A stretch of DNA of 64,000 bases from Acidimicrobiia bacterium (GCA_965215185.1 OZ244034.1:608001-672000), one strand, 5' to 3'; counted from the stretch's first letter, positions 28,543 through 38,584 are shown. The notes: generated from the sequence alone by a model not told the origin. A program made the numbers and translations.

Positions 28543-29244
28543 TCAGGAGAGGGTGGGATAAGCGTCGTACCCGTCTATCCCGATGGTCACCGAGGTGACG
28601 GGTTGAGCCTTTTTCTCCATGATTGCGGCCAGTCGTTTTTCCAGATGCCCGTAGCCGACCACCCGGGTCACCAGAGGCAGGTCCAGCCAATCTGCTATCT
28701 CTTGGGCCCTAGCCATTGTTCCTGCCTCTTCGACTTGGATCAGGTAGATAACTCGGCGGTAGTTTCCGAACATCATCTCCTTTAATTCCGGGTGCTGTTC
28801 GAGCCTCAGTCCCTCCATGACCAGGTTCTTCCAGGACTTGACCAGGAAATCGGTTAGAAAAAAGGTACCGGGTTCTTCCTCCATCAGCCTGACGAACTCT
28901 TCACCGCCGAACATCTCGTAGCAATGAGGTCCGAGGGTCCGCGCCACGCCGGCTTTCTTGAGCATGGGATCCAGATCCGGGGCCCCGCAATGTCCATATA
29001 CCACCACTTGGCGGTCGAAATCCTCTCGGGTTTCGGCCAGCTTCTCGGCGACCGCTCCCGTGATCAACTGGGGCCGATTGTGGAGTCGGGCGTTAATAAC
29101 CCGCAGTTCCACATCCCATCCGTAGCGGTCGATGATCTCGCGCAGTTCCTTGCCCAGGGCGGCGCACGCCACCATCACTGTCCGTTCTTGTTTGTTCTTC
29201 GAATGGGCCCCAGGTGAAAGTTGTTGGGAGGAGGGCGGATTCAT
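28543..29244 (-). CDS. DUF1638 family protein (corrinoid-methyltransferase accessory)
   Basis: VACAALGKE, LHNRPQLI, YGHCG, GPHCY, EEPGTFFLTDFL, MFGNYRRVIY; ATGA overlap with the upstream gene. Confidence 0.85.
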   Translation of the reverse strand: MNPPSSQQLSPGAHSKNKQERTVMVACAALGKELREIIDRYGWDVELRVINARLHNRPQLITGAVAEKLAETREDFDRQVVVYGHCGAPDLDPMLKKAGVARTLGPHCYEMFGGEEFVRLMEEEPGTFFLTDFLVKSWKNLVMEGLRLEQHPELKEMMFGNYRRVIYLIQVEEAGTMARAQEIADWLDLPLVTRVVGYGHLEKRLAAIMEKKAQPVTSVTIGIDGYDAYPTLS

Positions 29245-29567
29245 GTCCCGCTTTGTCCTGCCTGGTGGGCGGCGATGAGCGATCGACGCAGTTCCGAAAG
29301 ACGGGTGGAGGGATACTGGGCTTCGAGCCTCTCGACAATCCGGTCCGCCACTTCGTCCGGTCTTCCAGGCTCGGTAACCGGATCTGCCCATGACCAGCCG
29401 GCCATGTATGAGTCCTCGTCGGTGCGCCCGGTCATGGTGGCCACCGAATCCACCGCCACCTGAAAACGTTTGCTCAGATGCTTCCTCACCCGGCCCCGGC
29501 GACCATCCCTGGTTGCCTTCACACCAACGGGGATTTCATCCCAATAAAGAATCTGATAGGTGGCCAT
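29241..29567 (-). CDS. 'Virulence factor' (PF13769-like) small protein
   Basis: ILYWDEIP..V, LSKRFQVAVDSVA, TDEDSYMAGW, LEAQY; GGAGG SD. Confidence 0.82.
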   Translation of the reverse strand: MATYQILYWDEIPVGVKATRDGRRGRVRKHLSKRFQVAVDSVATMTGRTDEDSYMAGWSWADPVTEPGRPDEVADRIVERLEAQYPSTRLSELRRSLIAAHQAGQSGT

Positions 29568-29606
29568 CCCCGGCCTCCACGGTGGAGAATGTGTCCTGCA
29601 GGAATG

Positions 29607-30818
29607 TTAGCGAGGTTGCAATTCGGCGACCATACCTGCCACAAGAGCCGCCCGGGGCGCCAGGCTGTCGAGTTCGATGTATTCGTTGCGGGTCATCAGG
29701 CCACCCCCTACCGGTCCCAGTCCATCCAAAACGGCGGTGGTAGGGCTGCGAAAGGACACGCTTCCGGCGGCCGGCGACCGGAAGGCTTCGATATCGATGG
29801 AGAGATGTCCTCCCACCCGTTTGGCAATGGAGAGCAAATGGGAGGCGCCCTTATCCCAATGGACACCGGGCCGGTGATTGTGGGTGAGAAGCTTGATCTT
29901 TGCGCCGGAGTCGTTTTCCACCGAGCGAGCCAAGGCGGTCATGCGCTCCACGACCGCCTCCCAGAACTGGGCACCCCTGGTCCGGATGTCCACAATCGCG
30001 GTGGCTTGACCGGGAGTGACACTGCGGCGCCGTCCGGCCTGGGCCATAGTCACCGTTATGTAGGTGCCCTGGGCTTCATTGGTGAGACCGTTGAAAGCCA
30101 CGACCAGCCAGGCAAGAGCCTCCAAAGCGTTCACCCCCTCCGCATGGGCAGACCCGGTGTGGGATTCTTCCCCGGTGACCTCTATCTTCCCTACGCCGAT
30201 ATGCCCGCGGCTGGCCATCAGCTTCCCACCGCGGCGGGCACATTCCATGCCGAAACACCAATCGGCCCCGTTCCCCGCCTGCTCGATAACCGGGCGGGAG
30301 CCAAGGCTGCCGGCCTGTTCGTCTCCGGAGAGCACCAGGGCGATGTCAGGGAGGTCCACGCTGAGGTGACGCAGCGCCTCCAGAGCGGCGACCGTCACCA
30401 CCAGCCCTCCTTTCATATCTGCCACTCCCGGCCCATAGGCTCTTCCTCCCTTGATCCGGAAACCGAATCCGGCCAGACTCCCGCGTGGGAAGGCGGTGTC
30501 GAGATCTCCCACAAGTAGCAGGCGACCGGGCTTTTCTCCGGCCCGAAACCCCGAATACGCGGAGCCCAGGCCGCTATAGGGGATACCCGGGGACATCAGT
30601 TCCTCCAGCCAGCGCAGCGAATCGGGAATCGGCTGCTGTTTCACCTCCGTGAAGGCAAACCCCAACGGCTCCAATTTCCCGATGACGAGCGAAGCCACCT
30701 CTGCCACTCCGACTGGATCGGAGGCATGGCTCTCGATGTTTACCAACTGCTCCAGCAGCTCGTTCAGAAGCGGCTGCCGGGATTCAAGCCACTGTCTGGC
30801 CAAGTGTCCGATTCCCAT
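29607..30818 (-). CDS. M20 family metallo-amidohydrolase (carboxypeptidase G2-like)
   Basis: LVNIES, GDLDTAF, YGPGVADMKGG, DEQAGS, HTG..GVNA, LDGLGPVGG; some metal-ligand positions are atypical (GDLD for GHxD, DEQ for DEE). Confidence 0.82.
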   Translation of the reverse strand: MGIGHLARQWLESRQPLLNELLEQLVNIESHASDPVGVAEVASLVIGKLEPLGFAFTEVKQQPIPDSLRWLEELMSPGIPYSGLGSAYSGFRAGEKPGRLLLVGDLDTAFPRGSLAGFGFRIKGGRAYGPGVADMKGGLVVTVAALEALRHLSVDLPDIALVLSGDEQAGSLGSRPVIEQAGNGADWCFGMECARRGGKLMASRGHIGVGKIEVTGEESHTGSAHAEGVNALEALAWLVVAFNGLTNEAQGTYITVTMAQAGRRRSVTPGQATAIVDIRTRGAQFWEAVVERMTALARSVENDSGAKIKLLTHNHRPGVHWDKGASHLLSIAKRVGGHLSIDIEAFRSPAAGSVSFRSPTTAVLDGLGPVGGGLMTRNEYIELDSLAPRAALVAGMVAELQPR

Positions 30819-30885
30819 AGCCGTCAAGGATATTGGGAACTCGCGGATGTAAGATATTCTCCGGACAAACAAGGAGTTAAAACCT

Positions 30886-31910
30886 ATGGCAAAAAAGACA
30901 GAGTTCGGAGTGCGGCTCCCGGTGGCCGGGCCTTTGGCTAACACGAAGGACATCCGACGTTCGGCGGTGCGCTCCGAGGAACTGGGATTCGATGCCCTGT
31001 GGGTCCACGACTTCCTGGCCTGGACTACCTTCCAGGATCGCCACCACGTTTCGTGCGGGTCCCGCGAGGCGGTGGAAGCCTCCGACTCGCCTCCTGTCTT
31101 CTTTGAGTCCTTGACCAACATGGCGTTCTTGGCGGGAATTACCAACCGGATCCGCATCGGGGTGGCGGTGCTCTGCCTTCCTTACCGCAATCCGCTGGTG
31201 GCCGCCAAACAGGTGGCCAACATCGATGTGCTCAGCAACGGTCGGGTGATTTTCGGGATCGGAACCGGCGCTCCCAAAAGTACCCACAATGTCGACTTCG
31301 AGGTGCTGGGCGTTCCCCGGAAGACCAAATATCACGTGACGCGGGACTATCTGCGGGCCATGCGAACCATCTGGACCGAGGACTATCCCTCCTATCAAGG
31401 CGAGTATTTCAGCTTTCCCGAGACGGAGATCTGGCCCAAGCCGGTGCAAAAGCCCTACCCGCCGATCTGGACCGGCGGTCACGGCCCCACAGCAATGGAC
31501 ATCACCGCCGAGTTTTCGACCGGGTGGATCCCGCCCTGGATCCCACCGGACATTTACCCCGAACGCATCAGCAACCTCGAGCGACTGGCGGCCGAGAAAG
31601 GACGAGCCGGGACCGAGTTCGACATTGCCACCGAGGTGTATGTGTCGTTGGCCGAAACTCGGGAAGAGGCCATCTCCTCGGCGCAGAAGACCTTGGGAGT
31701 GTTGACCGAAGGCTTCGACCACACCGCCACCCAGGAGGCGATCAGCGCCGCGGGTTTGGTGGGAAGCGCCGACGACATCGGAGAAAAGATTGTCAGGTAT
31801 GTGGAGGCGGGCGTCAACCATTACGAGATGAATTCATATACCACACTGTCGATCATCTGCTGGAACAACTCGAGCACTTCGCTTCGGCGGTTGCCCCGGC
31901 GTTCCGTTAG
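30886..31910 (+). CDS. LLM-class oxidoreductase (TIGR03619-like), interrupted by a 1-nt frameshift at about 31831
   Basis: FGVRLP, GFDALWVHD, IRIGVAVL, PKPVQKPYPPIWTGG; the natural C-terminus (FIYHTVDHLLEQLEHFASAVAP*) lies in a different frame ending at 31910. Confidence 0.85.
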
Positions 31911-31953
31911 AGACCTCGGTGAGGCAAAGCATCGGCGAGAAGGAGTCCTCTCC

Positions 31954-32847
31954 TTGAAGACAATCAGATTCCGTGCACCATCGGGGGTTGAGTTGGCGGC
32001 GGATGCCTATCTCCCCGCGGGGAAACGTCCGGCCTCCGGTTATCCGGTGGTGGTGGTTTGCCTGGGATGGGGAAGCGTGAAGGAATTGATGCCCCAATGG
32101 GGCAATGCCCTGGCCACTTGGGGATACGCGGTCCTGATTCCTGACTACCGGGGATTCGGCGCCAGCGGCGGTGAGCGTGGGCGCTGTTTTCCCGACGAAC
32201 ACATCGAGGACATTCGAGCGGTGATGGCCCACGCTGCCGAACTTTCCGAGGTCGACGCGCAGCGGATTGCCTTGCTCGGGGTGAGTTATGGTGGGGCGGT
32301 GGCGGTGGCGGCCGGGGTGGATGACCGCTGCCGGACGGTCATCTCGGTGGTCGGATACGGAAGCGGCGCACGTCACCTGGCCGCGGTGCGCACCCCCGAC
32401 CAGTGGACAGCCTTCCGCTCCCGCCTGACCGAGGACCGGCGGCGGCGGCTCGATGGAACCCCCAGCGAGTCGGTTGATCCCGATGAGATTCTGCTCCGCG
32501 ACGAAGAAGCGCGGGATTGGAGGCGCAGAGTTGAGGCCCAACACCCTCATATGGCGTTTCGGACCACACTGGAGTCGGCCGAAAAGATCGTCTCCTTCCA
32601 TCCGGAGCAGTGCCTTCCCTACACGCCGGGCAAACCGGCCATGTTCATCCACGCCCAGGGGGATACCATGATCCCTGTGGAGGAATCAGAACGTATGTGG
32701 CGCCGCTCGTCGGAGCCGAAGCGCCTAGTGGTGGTTCCCGGTATCGGTCACCATGAAGTGCATCATGGGGAGGGATTTGGTCAGGTCATCTCGGCGGTGC
32801 GGGACTGGTTGGGTGAGCACTTGTCCGAAAGAACGAATGCCCTCTGA
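31954..32847 (+). CDS. Alpha/beta hydrolase (S15/CocE-like)
   Basis: LAADAYLP, DYRGFGASGG, nucleophile GVSYGG, HAQGD, terminal His (GHH); own AGGAG SD before TTG 31954. Confidence 0.85.
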   Translation: MKTIRFRAPSGVELAADAYLPAGKRPASGYPVVVVCLGWGSVKELMPQWGNALATWGYAVLIPDYRGFGASGGERGRCFPDEHIEDIRAVMAHAAELSEVDAQRIALLGVSYGGAVAVAAGVDDRCRTVISVVGYGSGARHLAAVRTPDQWTAFRSRLTEDRRRRLDGTPSESVDPDEILLRDEEARDWRRRVEAQHPHMAFRTTLESAEKIVSFHPEQCLPYTPGKPAMFIHAQGDTMIPVEESERMWRRSSEPKRLVVVPGIGHHEVHHGEGFGQVISAVRDWLGEHLSERTNAL

Positions 32848-33802
32848 CATTGCGCTCCGTTTTGGGCTGGTGCTGCCGCACTTCGGCGCCGACCCGCAAG
32901 TCTCGGGGGTGCTCGAGGCGGCGCAGCAGGCCGAGAGATACGGGTTCCACTCGCTTTGGGTGCGGGATCGGCTAGCTGCCGGGGCTCCCCACGGACTTCT
33001 CTTGGAAGCGGGGGGGATCACCTTCTTCGAGCCGCTCCTCACCTTGGCTGCGGTGGCGGCGGTCACCGAACGCATCACCTTGGGGACGGCCGTGCTGCTG
33101 CCCAACCGCCATCCCTTGCGCCTGATGCAAGAGGTGGGTACGCTCTGGCGGCTCTCGGGAGGCCGGCTGGCTCTCGGGTTGGGTCTGGGGGTCGGACCAA
33201 AGAACTTTGAACCGCTCGGCTTGGATTATTCCAAACGGGTGAAGTTGTTCGAGAACACGGTCGACGCGCTGCGTGGGGTCACTTCCGGTTTTGATGAGGT
33301 GGAGATCGACCCGTCGCCTGGTGGAGGACTGTCGCTTTACTACGGAGGCGTCAGTCGGGCAGCGGTGCGTCGCGCCTTCCAGTGCACCGACGGTTGGATT
33401 GCCGGGCGACTTCCCCGGGACACCTTCCGGGCCCGTATGGAATTGGCGCGCCGGTATGAAGAGCAGATGGGACGCCAGTTGGACATTGCCAGCATGCCCA
33501 TCACGCTGGTCGACTCCGGCGATGGCCGTCATCTCGAAGTCGCCCGCCAGGCGGTGGGGATGCTGGCCCGAAGCGCCGAGGGGGCCGGCGACTGGATAAA
33601 ACCGCCCTCGGGCAAATTCGAGACCGTCGAAGACCTTTCCGGGCTGCTCATCACCGGTTCGCCGGAGCAATGCGCGCAGCAGGCCGCTTCCATGATCGAG
33701 TCCGGTGTGACGCATCTCATCTTCGACCTGCGACTGGTCTTCGATGATTTCCAACGGCAGATCAGGATGCTGGCGGAAGAGGTCATTCCGGTTATTGGAT
33801 GA
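32837..33802 (+). CDS. LLM-class oxidoreductase, paralog of 11717-12685
   Basis: FGLVLPHFG, GFHSLWVRD, EPLLTLAAV, LGTAVLLP, YYGG, IFDLRL. Confidence 0.88.
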   Translation: MPSDIALRFGLVLPHFGADPQVSGVLEAAQQAERYGFHSLWVRDRLAAGAPHGLLLEAGGITFFEPLLTLAAVAAVTERITLGTAVLLPNRHPLRLMQEVGTLWRLSGGRLALGLGLGVGPKNFEPLGLDYSKRVKLFENTVDALRGVTSGFDEVEIDPSPGGGLSLYYGGVSRAAVRRAFQCTDGWIAGRLPRDTFRARMELARRYEEQMGRQLDIASMPITLVDSGDGRHLEVARQAVGMLARSAEGAGDWIKPPSGKFETVEDLSGLLITGSPEQCAQQAASMIESGVTHLIFDLRLVFDDFQRQIRMLAEEVIPVIG

Positions 33803-33958
33803 AACCAACCGGTCGGATTTGTTCCAGGATTGCTCGCCCTGTTAGCTTTTCTGGCCAGATCAGGTGCTAAAGTTGAGGTCTGCGAACCGTGGTGGCCGAG
33901 GCATTCACCTTGAAACACCTAGTTCGCCTGTCGTTTCCGACTTACAGAAAGGTACGAA

Positions 33959-35086
33959 ATGAGACGAATAGCGAAGTTCCTCGCGGCATTGCTCACTCTG
34001 GCCCTTATCGCCGCCGCTTGTGGCGATTCGTCCAGTGACGAAGCCGCCGACGATGGGGGCGTAGACCAGATATTCTTTATTCTGGACTGGGTGCCCAAGG
34101 GGCAGACGTCCCCATTTTATCTCGCTCTTGACAAGGGATTCTGGGCCGAGCGCGGCCTAGCTGTCCAGATCACCCGTGGTTACGGTTCTGGTGACACCTC
34201 CGCCCGTATCGGACTGGGCGAAGGCGACTTCGGCTTTGCCGGAGTAGGCGCTGTGATGCGCACCATCAGTGAGGGGCTGCCGCTTGTTGAAATCGCGGCC
34301 ATCGCCTCCACCGCCCCGACCGCGGTATACGCCGCTGCCGGCGCGGGTGTCAACGGCGACGATCCCACCAGCCTGGTGGGTCTGCGCGGCGCGGTTGACG
34401 CAGGTGATGAGAATGACCAGCTCTTCAAGGCTTTCGCAGGTTCTGCGGGTATCAGCTATGACTCCATCGACTGGCAATACGTGGACGGGGCCGGCATCGG
34501 CTCCATCGCCACAGGCCAGGCTGACTTTGTGATGGACTGGATCACCAACCTCCCCGAGTGGTGGCTGGCCGATCCGCCGATCGAGCCGGAGACCTACTGG
34601 GTGGGCCGCGCGGTCGATATTTACGGCAACGGTCTAATCACCCGTCCCGAGATGTTGGAGAACAATCGTGACATCGCCGAGCGGTTCGTACAGGGCGCCC
34701 TTGCCGGGTACGAGTACGTGATCGAAGGCGGCGTGAGCGCTCATAACGAGTCCATCGACGCCCTCTTCAAGTACAACCCGGAACTGAAGGAACAGCCCAA
34801 CGCCCGGGAGTTCCATCTCGGCAACCTGCAACTCTTCTTGACGCTGATGCTCACCGAAGACGTGCGGGAAGACGGTATTGGCTATTTCGACCCGGACAAG
34901 AAGCAGCGGAGTCTTGACTTCATCAACGACTACCTGCTCTCCTCGCCGTTGACGCTCGACCAGGCGTTCATCTCGGATCCGATCATCGATAGCGGTGATG
35001 TGGAGATCGACGACTTCGACGCCGCCCGCGATGCCCTTGCCACGGTCTTGGGCAGAGCCAACCCACTATCTCCCTTCCTCGGCTGA
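33959..35086 (+). CDS. ABC transporter substrate-binding lipoprotein, NMT1/THI5/SsuA-like
   Basis: Lipobox IAAAC, LDWVP...PFYLALDKGFW..GL.V...GYGS, YGNGLI. Confidence 0.88.
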   Translation: MRRIAKFLAALLTLALIAAACGDSSSDEAADDGGVDQIFFILDWVPKGQTSPFYLALDKGFWAERGLAVQITRGYGSGDTSARIGLGEGDFGFAGVGAVMRTISEGLPLVEIAAIASTAPTAVYAAAGAGVNGDDPTSLVGLRGAVDAGDENDQLFKAFAGSAGISYDSIDWQYVDGAGIGSIATGQADFVMDWITNLPEWWLADPPIEPETYWVGRAVDIYGNGLITRPEMLENNRDIAERFVQGALAGYEYVIEGGVSAHNESIDALFKYNPELKEQPNAREFHLGNLQLFLTLMLTEDVREDGIGYFDPDKKQRSLDFINDYLLSSPLTLDQAFISDPIIDSGDVEIDDFDAARDALATVLGRANPLSPFLG

Positions 35087-35107
35087 GTTTGGGATTCAGT
35101 AATCAAC

Positions 35108-35144
35108 TATCCGGAACCCGCGCCCATGTCGCGGGTTCCGGATA
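35108..35144 (+). terminator. Intercistronic stem-loop after the substrate-binding protein gene
   Basis: Perfect 15-bp stem TATCCGGAACCCGCG/CGCGGGTTCCGGATA, 7-nt loop, no U-tract. Confidence 0.65.
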
Positions 35145-35166
35145 ACCCCTCATAGAAACTCCACGG

Positions 35167-35967
35167 ATGGGTATCGAACTCCAAGGTCTGGGCAAGATCT
35201 TCCAGACCAGCGATCTCACTGTCGAGGCCCTGCGCGACATCTCGGTAAAGGTCTCTGACACCGAATTCGTCAGCATCATCGGACCCAGCGGATGCGGGAA
35301 AAGCACCCTGCTCCGACTGGTTTCCGGTCTGATCCCCCCTACCTCGGGGAGCGTCTCAATTGATGGTGTCCCGGTGACGGGGCCGGCGGGGAATATCGGT
35401 TTCGTGTTTCAGGCGCCGACCTTGCTCAAGTGGCGTACCGTCTTCAAAAACGTGATGTTTCCCTACGAAGTACTTGCCTCCCAAAAGCGAGCGGTCATGT
35501 CCCGGCAGGAATATGAGGACCGGGCGCAGCTTTTGCTGGAGATGGCGGGGATCGAGGAGTTCCGGGACGCCTATCCCAAGCAGCTCTCGGGTGGAATGCA
35601 GCAGCGGGTCTCGATCTGTCGTGCGCTTCTCCACGACCCGACGCTCCTGCTGATGGACGAACCGTTCGGGGCTCTGGACGAATTCACCAGGGAGCGCATG
35701 AACGAAGAACTGATCCGGATCTGGCGGGAGACCCAAAAGACCGTGTTCTTTGTCACTCACCACATACCTGAGGCGGTGTTCCTATCAGACCGGATTCTGG
35801 TGATGTCATCTCGCCCGGGGACCATCCTCGGGGAGATAAAGGTGGATCTGCCCCGGCCCCGCAAGGCCGAGATGCGTGACAGCGTGGCATTCCTCGAGCA
35901 GGTGGTGATCACACGTCGCATGATCGGCTCCGGCGACGGACATGGGAATTCCAAAGGAACCGTGTGA
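35167..35967 (+). CDS. ABC transporter ATP-binding protein (NitT/TauT family)
   Basis: GPSGCGKST, LSGGMQQR, LLMDEPFGALD, VTH. Confidence 0.95.
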   Translation: MGIELQGLGKIFQTSDLTVEALRDISVKVSDTEFVSIIGPSGCGKSTLLRLVSGLIPPTSGSVSIDGVPVTGPAGNIGFVFQAPTLLKWRTVFKNVMFPYEVLASQKRAVMSRQEYEDRAQLLLEMAGIEEFRDAYPKQLSGGMQQRVSICRALLHDPTLLLMDEPFGALDEFTRERMNEELIRIWRETQKTVFFVTHHIPEAVFLSDRILVMSSRPGTILGEIKVDLPRPRKAEMRDSVAFLEQVVITRRMIGSGDGHGNSKGTV

Positions 35968-36773
35968 GCTCGCGTCTGCGTGACGCGGAGGCGGTCGAAG
36001 CCGTCGCGCCGAGGTTGGGAGAGCGAGCGGTCCGCATTCGCCGCGTGGTCGACCCGCTGGTGTTCGCCCTGCTCTTTGTGGTCGCATGGCAGGTTTTCAT
36101 ATGGATCACCGGGTTTCACTCGGTGGTGCTGCCCCCGCCCGCCAAAGTCCTCAATGTGCTGGTGCATCAAGGTGACTTCCTGGTCCGAAACATGCTCACC
36201 ACCATGATCACCATCGGTTGGGGTTTTTTCCTGGGAGGGGTCTTCGGGTTTGTGGCGGGTGTGTTGAGCCACCACTTCGAACGGGTGAAAAGGGCTATAC
36301 ATCCGATTCTGGTGGCGCTGTATGTCATCCCCAAGGCGGTGTTTATTCCCCTGTTCATTCTGTGGTGGGGGGTCGGCTTCCAGTACAAGCTGGTGGTGAC
36401 CCTGCTTTTAGCGTTCTTTCCAGTCACTGAGAACACCATCACCGGGCTGACAGGGGTGGAGCGGGAGATGGTCGAACTCACCCAATCCCTTCGGGGAAGC
36501 AGATGGTTCGGTTTTCGCAAGGTGTCCTTGCCCTTCGCCCTGCCCTTTGTGCTGGCCGGGTTGCGCATCGCCCTTACCGAGTCGTTCATCGGAGGGGTGC
36601 TCAGTGAGATACTGGTGCCCGGCAGCGTCGGGATCGGCTCGCGAATCGTGGAAGCGGCTGCGTTCTCAAACACCGAGTTCATCATTGCCTCCATCATGGT
36701 GGTGGCCGCATTCGGCATTGTCGCCTACTTCCTATTCCTGTGGGTGGAGCGCAGGCTGACGTTTTGGGTATGA
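35964..36773 (+). CDS. ABC transporter permease (NitT/TauT family)
   Basis: LPPP, IPKAVFIPLFILWWG, multiple TM helices; GTGA overlap. Confidence 0.9.
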   Translation: MSSRLRDAEAVEAVAPRLGERAVRIRRVVDPLVFALLFVVAWQVFIWITGFHSVVLPPPAKVLNVLVHQGDFLVRNMLTTMITIGWGFFLGGVFGFVAGVLSHHFERVKRAIHPILVALYVIPKAVFIPLFILWWGVGFQYKLVVTLLLAFFPVTENTITGLTGVEREMVELTQSLRGSRWFGFRKVSLPFALPFVLAGLRIALTESFIGGVLSEILVPGSVGIGSRIVEAAAFSNTEFIIASIMVVAAFGIVAYFLFLWVERRLTFWV

Positions 36774-37579
36774 GAGACACCTCCGTTTCCGATCAGCCCG
36801 CTGGGCTATTGGTCAGGGGAGCGCGGCGGCTTTGGAGCTACCGAGAACTGCTCCTGGTGCTGGTGGGCATCGTCCTGTTCTGGATGTTCATGATCGAGTG
36901 GCGCGACTTTCATCCCATTGTGCTGCCCACTCCCGGAGCGGTGATCAAAGCGCTGTTCGAAAACATCAATACTTATGTGGAGGCGGGTTTCGTCACTTTC
37001 TACGAGATGATTCTCGGTTTCATCGCGGGGGGCGCCCTCGGGTTCTCCTCGGCGATCGGAATCTTCTACTCACCATTCCTGAGGCGTTCCCTTTATCCGC
37101 TTCTGCTGGGCTTTCGGATCGTTCCCAAGGTGGCGTTCGTCCCGCTTTTCTTGGTTTGGTTCGGGATCGGGGTGGGCGTGAAGGTGGCTCTGGCCAGCTT
37201 CGCGATCTTCTTTTTGATCCTCATCCAAACCGGGCTGGGTCTGACCGGTGTCGATCCGGCGCTGATTGAATTGGGCCGGTCGCTTCGGATGAGCGAAGTG
37301 GCGCTGCTGCGAAGGATCCGCCTGCCGGCGGCGTTGCCGGCCATCATGGTGGGGGTCAAGCTGGGAATCACCTACGCTCTCACCAATGTGGTGGTGGCCG
37401 AGATGGTGGTGGCCACCAATGGGCTCGGTTTCCTGGTGGTTGAGGCCCGCTCGTTCATCAAGACCAACGAGATGATCGCGGCCATATTCGTGGTGGCGTT
37501 TATCGGGCTGGCGGTCTTCGCCGTGGGGCTGTGGGTTGAACGCAAAACCGTGTTCTGGTATCTGGAGGCCGATCACTGA
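36770..37579 (+). CDS. ABC transporter permease (NitT/TauT family)
   Basis: LPTP, VPKVAFVPLFLVWFG, RLPAALP, VVAEM..GLG; ATGA overlap. Confidence 0.9.
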   Translation: MRDTSVSDQPAGLLVRGARRLWSYRELLLVLVGIVLFWMFMIEWRDFHPIVLPTPGAVIKALFENINTYVEAGFVTFYEMILGFIAGGALGFSSAIGIFYSPFLRRSLYPLLLGFRIVPKVAFVPLFLVWFGIGVGVKVALASFAIFFLILIQTGLGLTGVDPALIELGRSLRMSEVALLRRIRLPAALPAIMVGVKLGITYALTNVVVAEMVVATNGLGFLVVEARSFIKTNEMIAAIFVVAFIGLAVFAVGLWVERKTVFWYLEADH

Positions 37580-38584
37580 GCCGGGAGGTCGAAATGGGCG
37601 ATTCCAGTCGGCGGTCGACGGCGCGGTTGTTTCGATATCGGTAGGTCTGGCACCAGCGGCGGCAGAGGTCTTGGGCTGCCCCGGGCCAGGAGGGGAATTT
37701 GAAGTCGAAACCTTGTTCTTGAAGGATGCCGGGGAGTACCCGTCGGCTTTGTAGGACCAGTTCGGACTCGGACCGAAGGAGAAAGTGCCTACTTCGAGCA
37801 TCCATTTGGCCGATGGCAATCCGAAGGGCATACCCCAGGCAGTGGGCAGGTCGCGCATGAAGTCCGCGTTCGGCAACGGGTTGGGCGCCGAGATGTTGAT
37901 TGGGCGGCTGATATCTTCGTGATCGATCATCCACCGCACGGCTCGATAAAAGTCCCGGTCGTGCACCCACGACACGTATTGACGGCCGTCGCCCGCTTTT
38001 CCTCCCAACCCATAGCGAACCAGGGTGAGTAACGCACCGAACGCCCCGCCACGGTCGGGACTCAGGGTAATGGCAGAGCGCATTTTGACCTTGCGGGTAC
38101 CGGGGACTTCGACTTGGTCGAGCGCCTGCTCCCATGAGTGGGCAACGTCGTAACTAAAGTGCCAGGTGTCGGGGTCATCGGGGTGGTTTCCCAAGATGCC
38201 CGTGGCTTCATCGTGGGGGGCGTCGTAGCGGTGGATATAGACGGTGGCGGTGCTGGCCTGTAACCAGACTCGGGGCGGCCGGTTGGCGGCGGCGATAACC
38301 TCACCTACGAGATGAGTGGTCCCGACCCGGGATTGCTTGAATTCTTGGCGATGCCGGGTGTGGTATCGGCAGTTGACGCTCCGTCCGGCCAGGTTGATAA
38401 CCACATCGGCGCCGTTGATCTCATTGTCCCACTCGCCGTGGTTTGTCCCATTCCACTGGACAGTCCGCCAGGGTCCCGTGGCCGCTTGTCGGCTGATCAG
38501 GACCACTTCATGTCCCTCGGCATGAAACTTCCGAGACAACACGGTTCCGATCTGTCCGGTACCGCCCGGGATAACAACCTTCAC
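37500..38584 (-). pseudogene. TIGR01777/YfcH-like NAD-dependent epimerase, frameshifted near the 3' end
   Basis: PGGTGQIG, INLAGRSVNCRY, WLQASTAT, GDGRQYVSWVH; the conserved tail ESELVLQSRRVLPGILQEQGFDF is in another frame after about 37783. Could be a sequencing error in an intact gene. Confidence 0.7.

Noticed and set aside
29241-29567. Evidence of pathogenicity from the 'virulence factor' family name
   Set aside because: The name is historical; coupling to DUF1638 points to corrinoid/C1 metabolism
30886-32847. Novel 653-aa LLM-hydrolase fusion enzyme
   Set aside because: Explained by a 1-nt deletion at about 31831; the proper LLM C-terminus and a separate hydrolase SD/start are both present
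37070-38584. 504-aa epimerase with a long C-terminal domain
   Set aside because: The extension results from a frameshift and runs antisense through the permease gene
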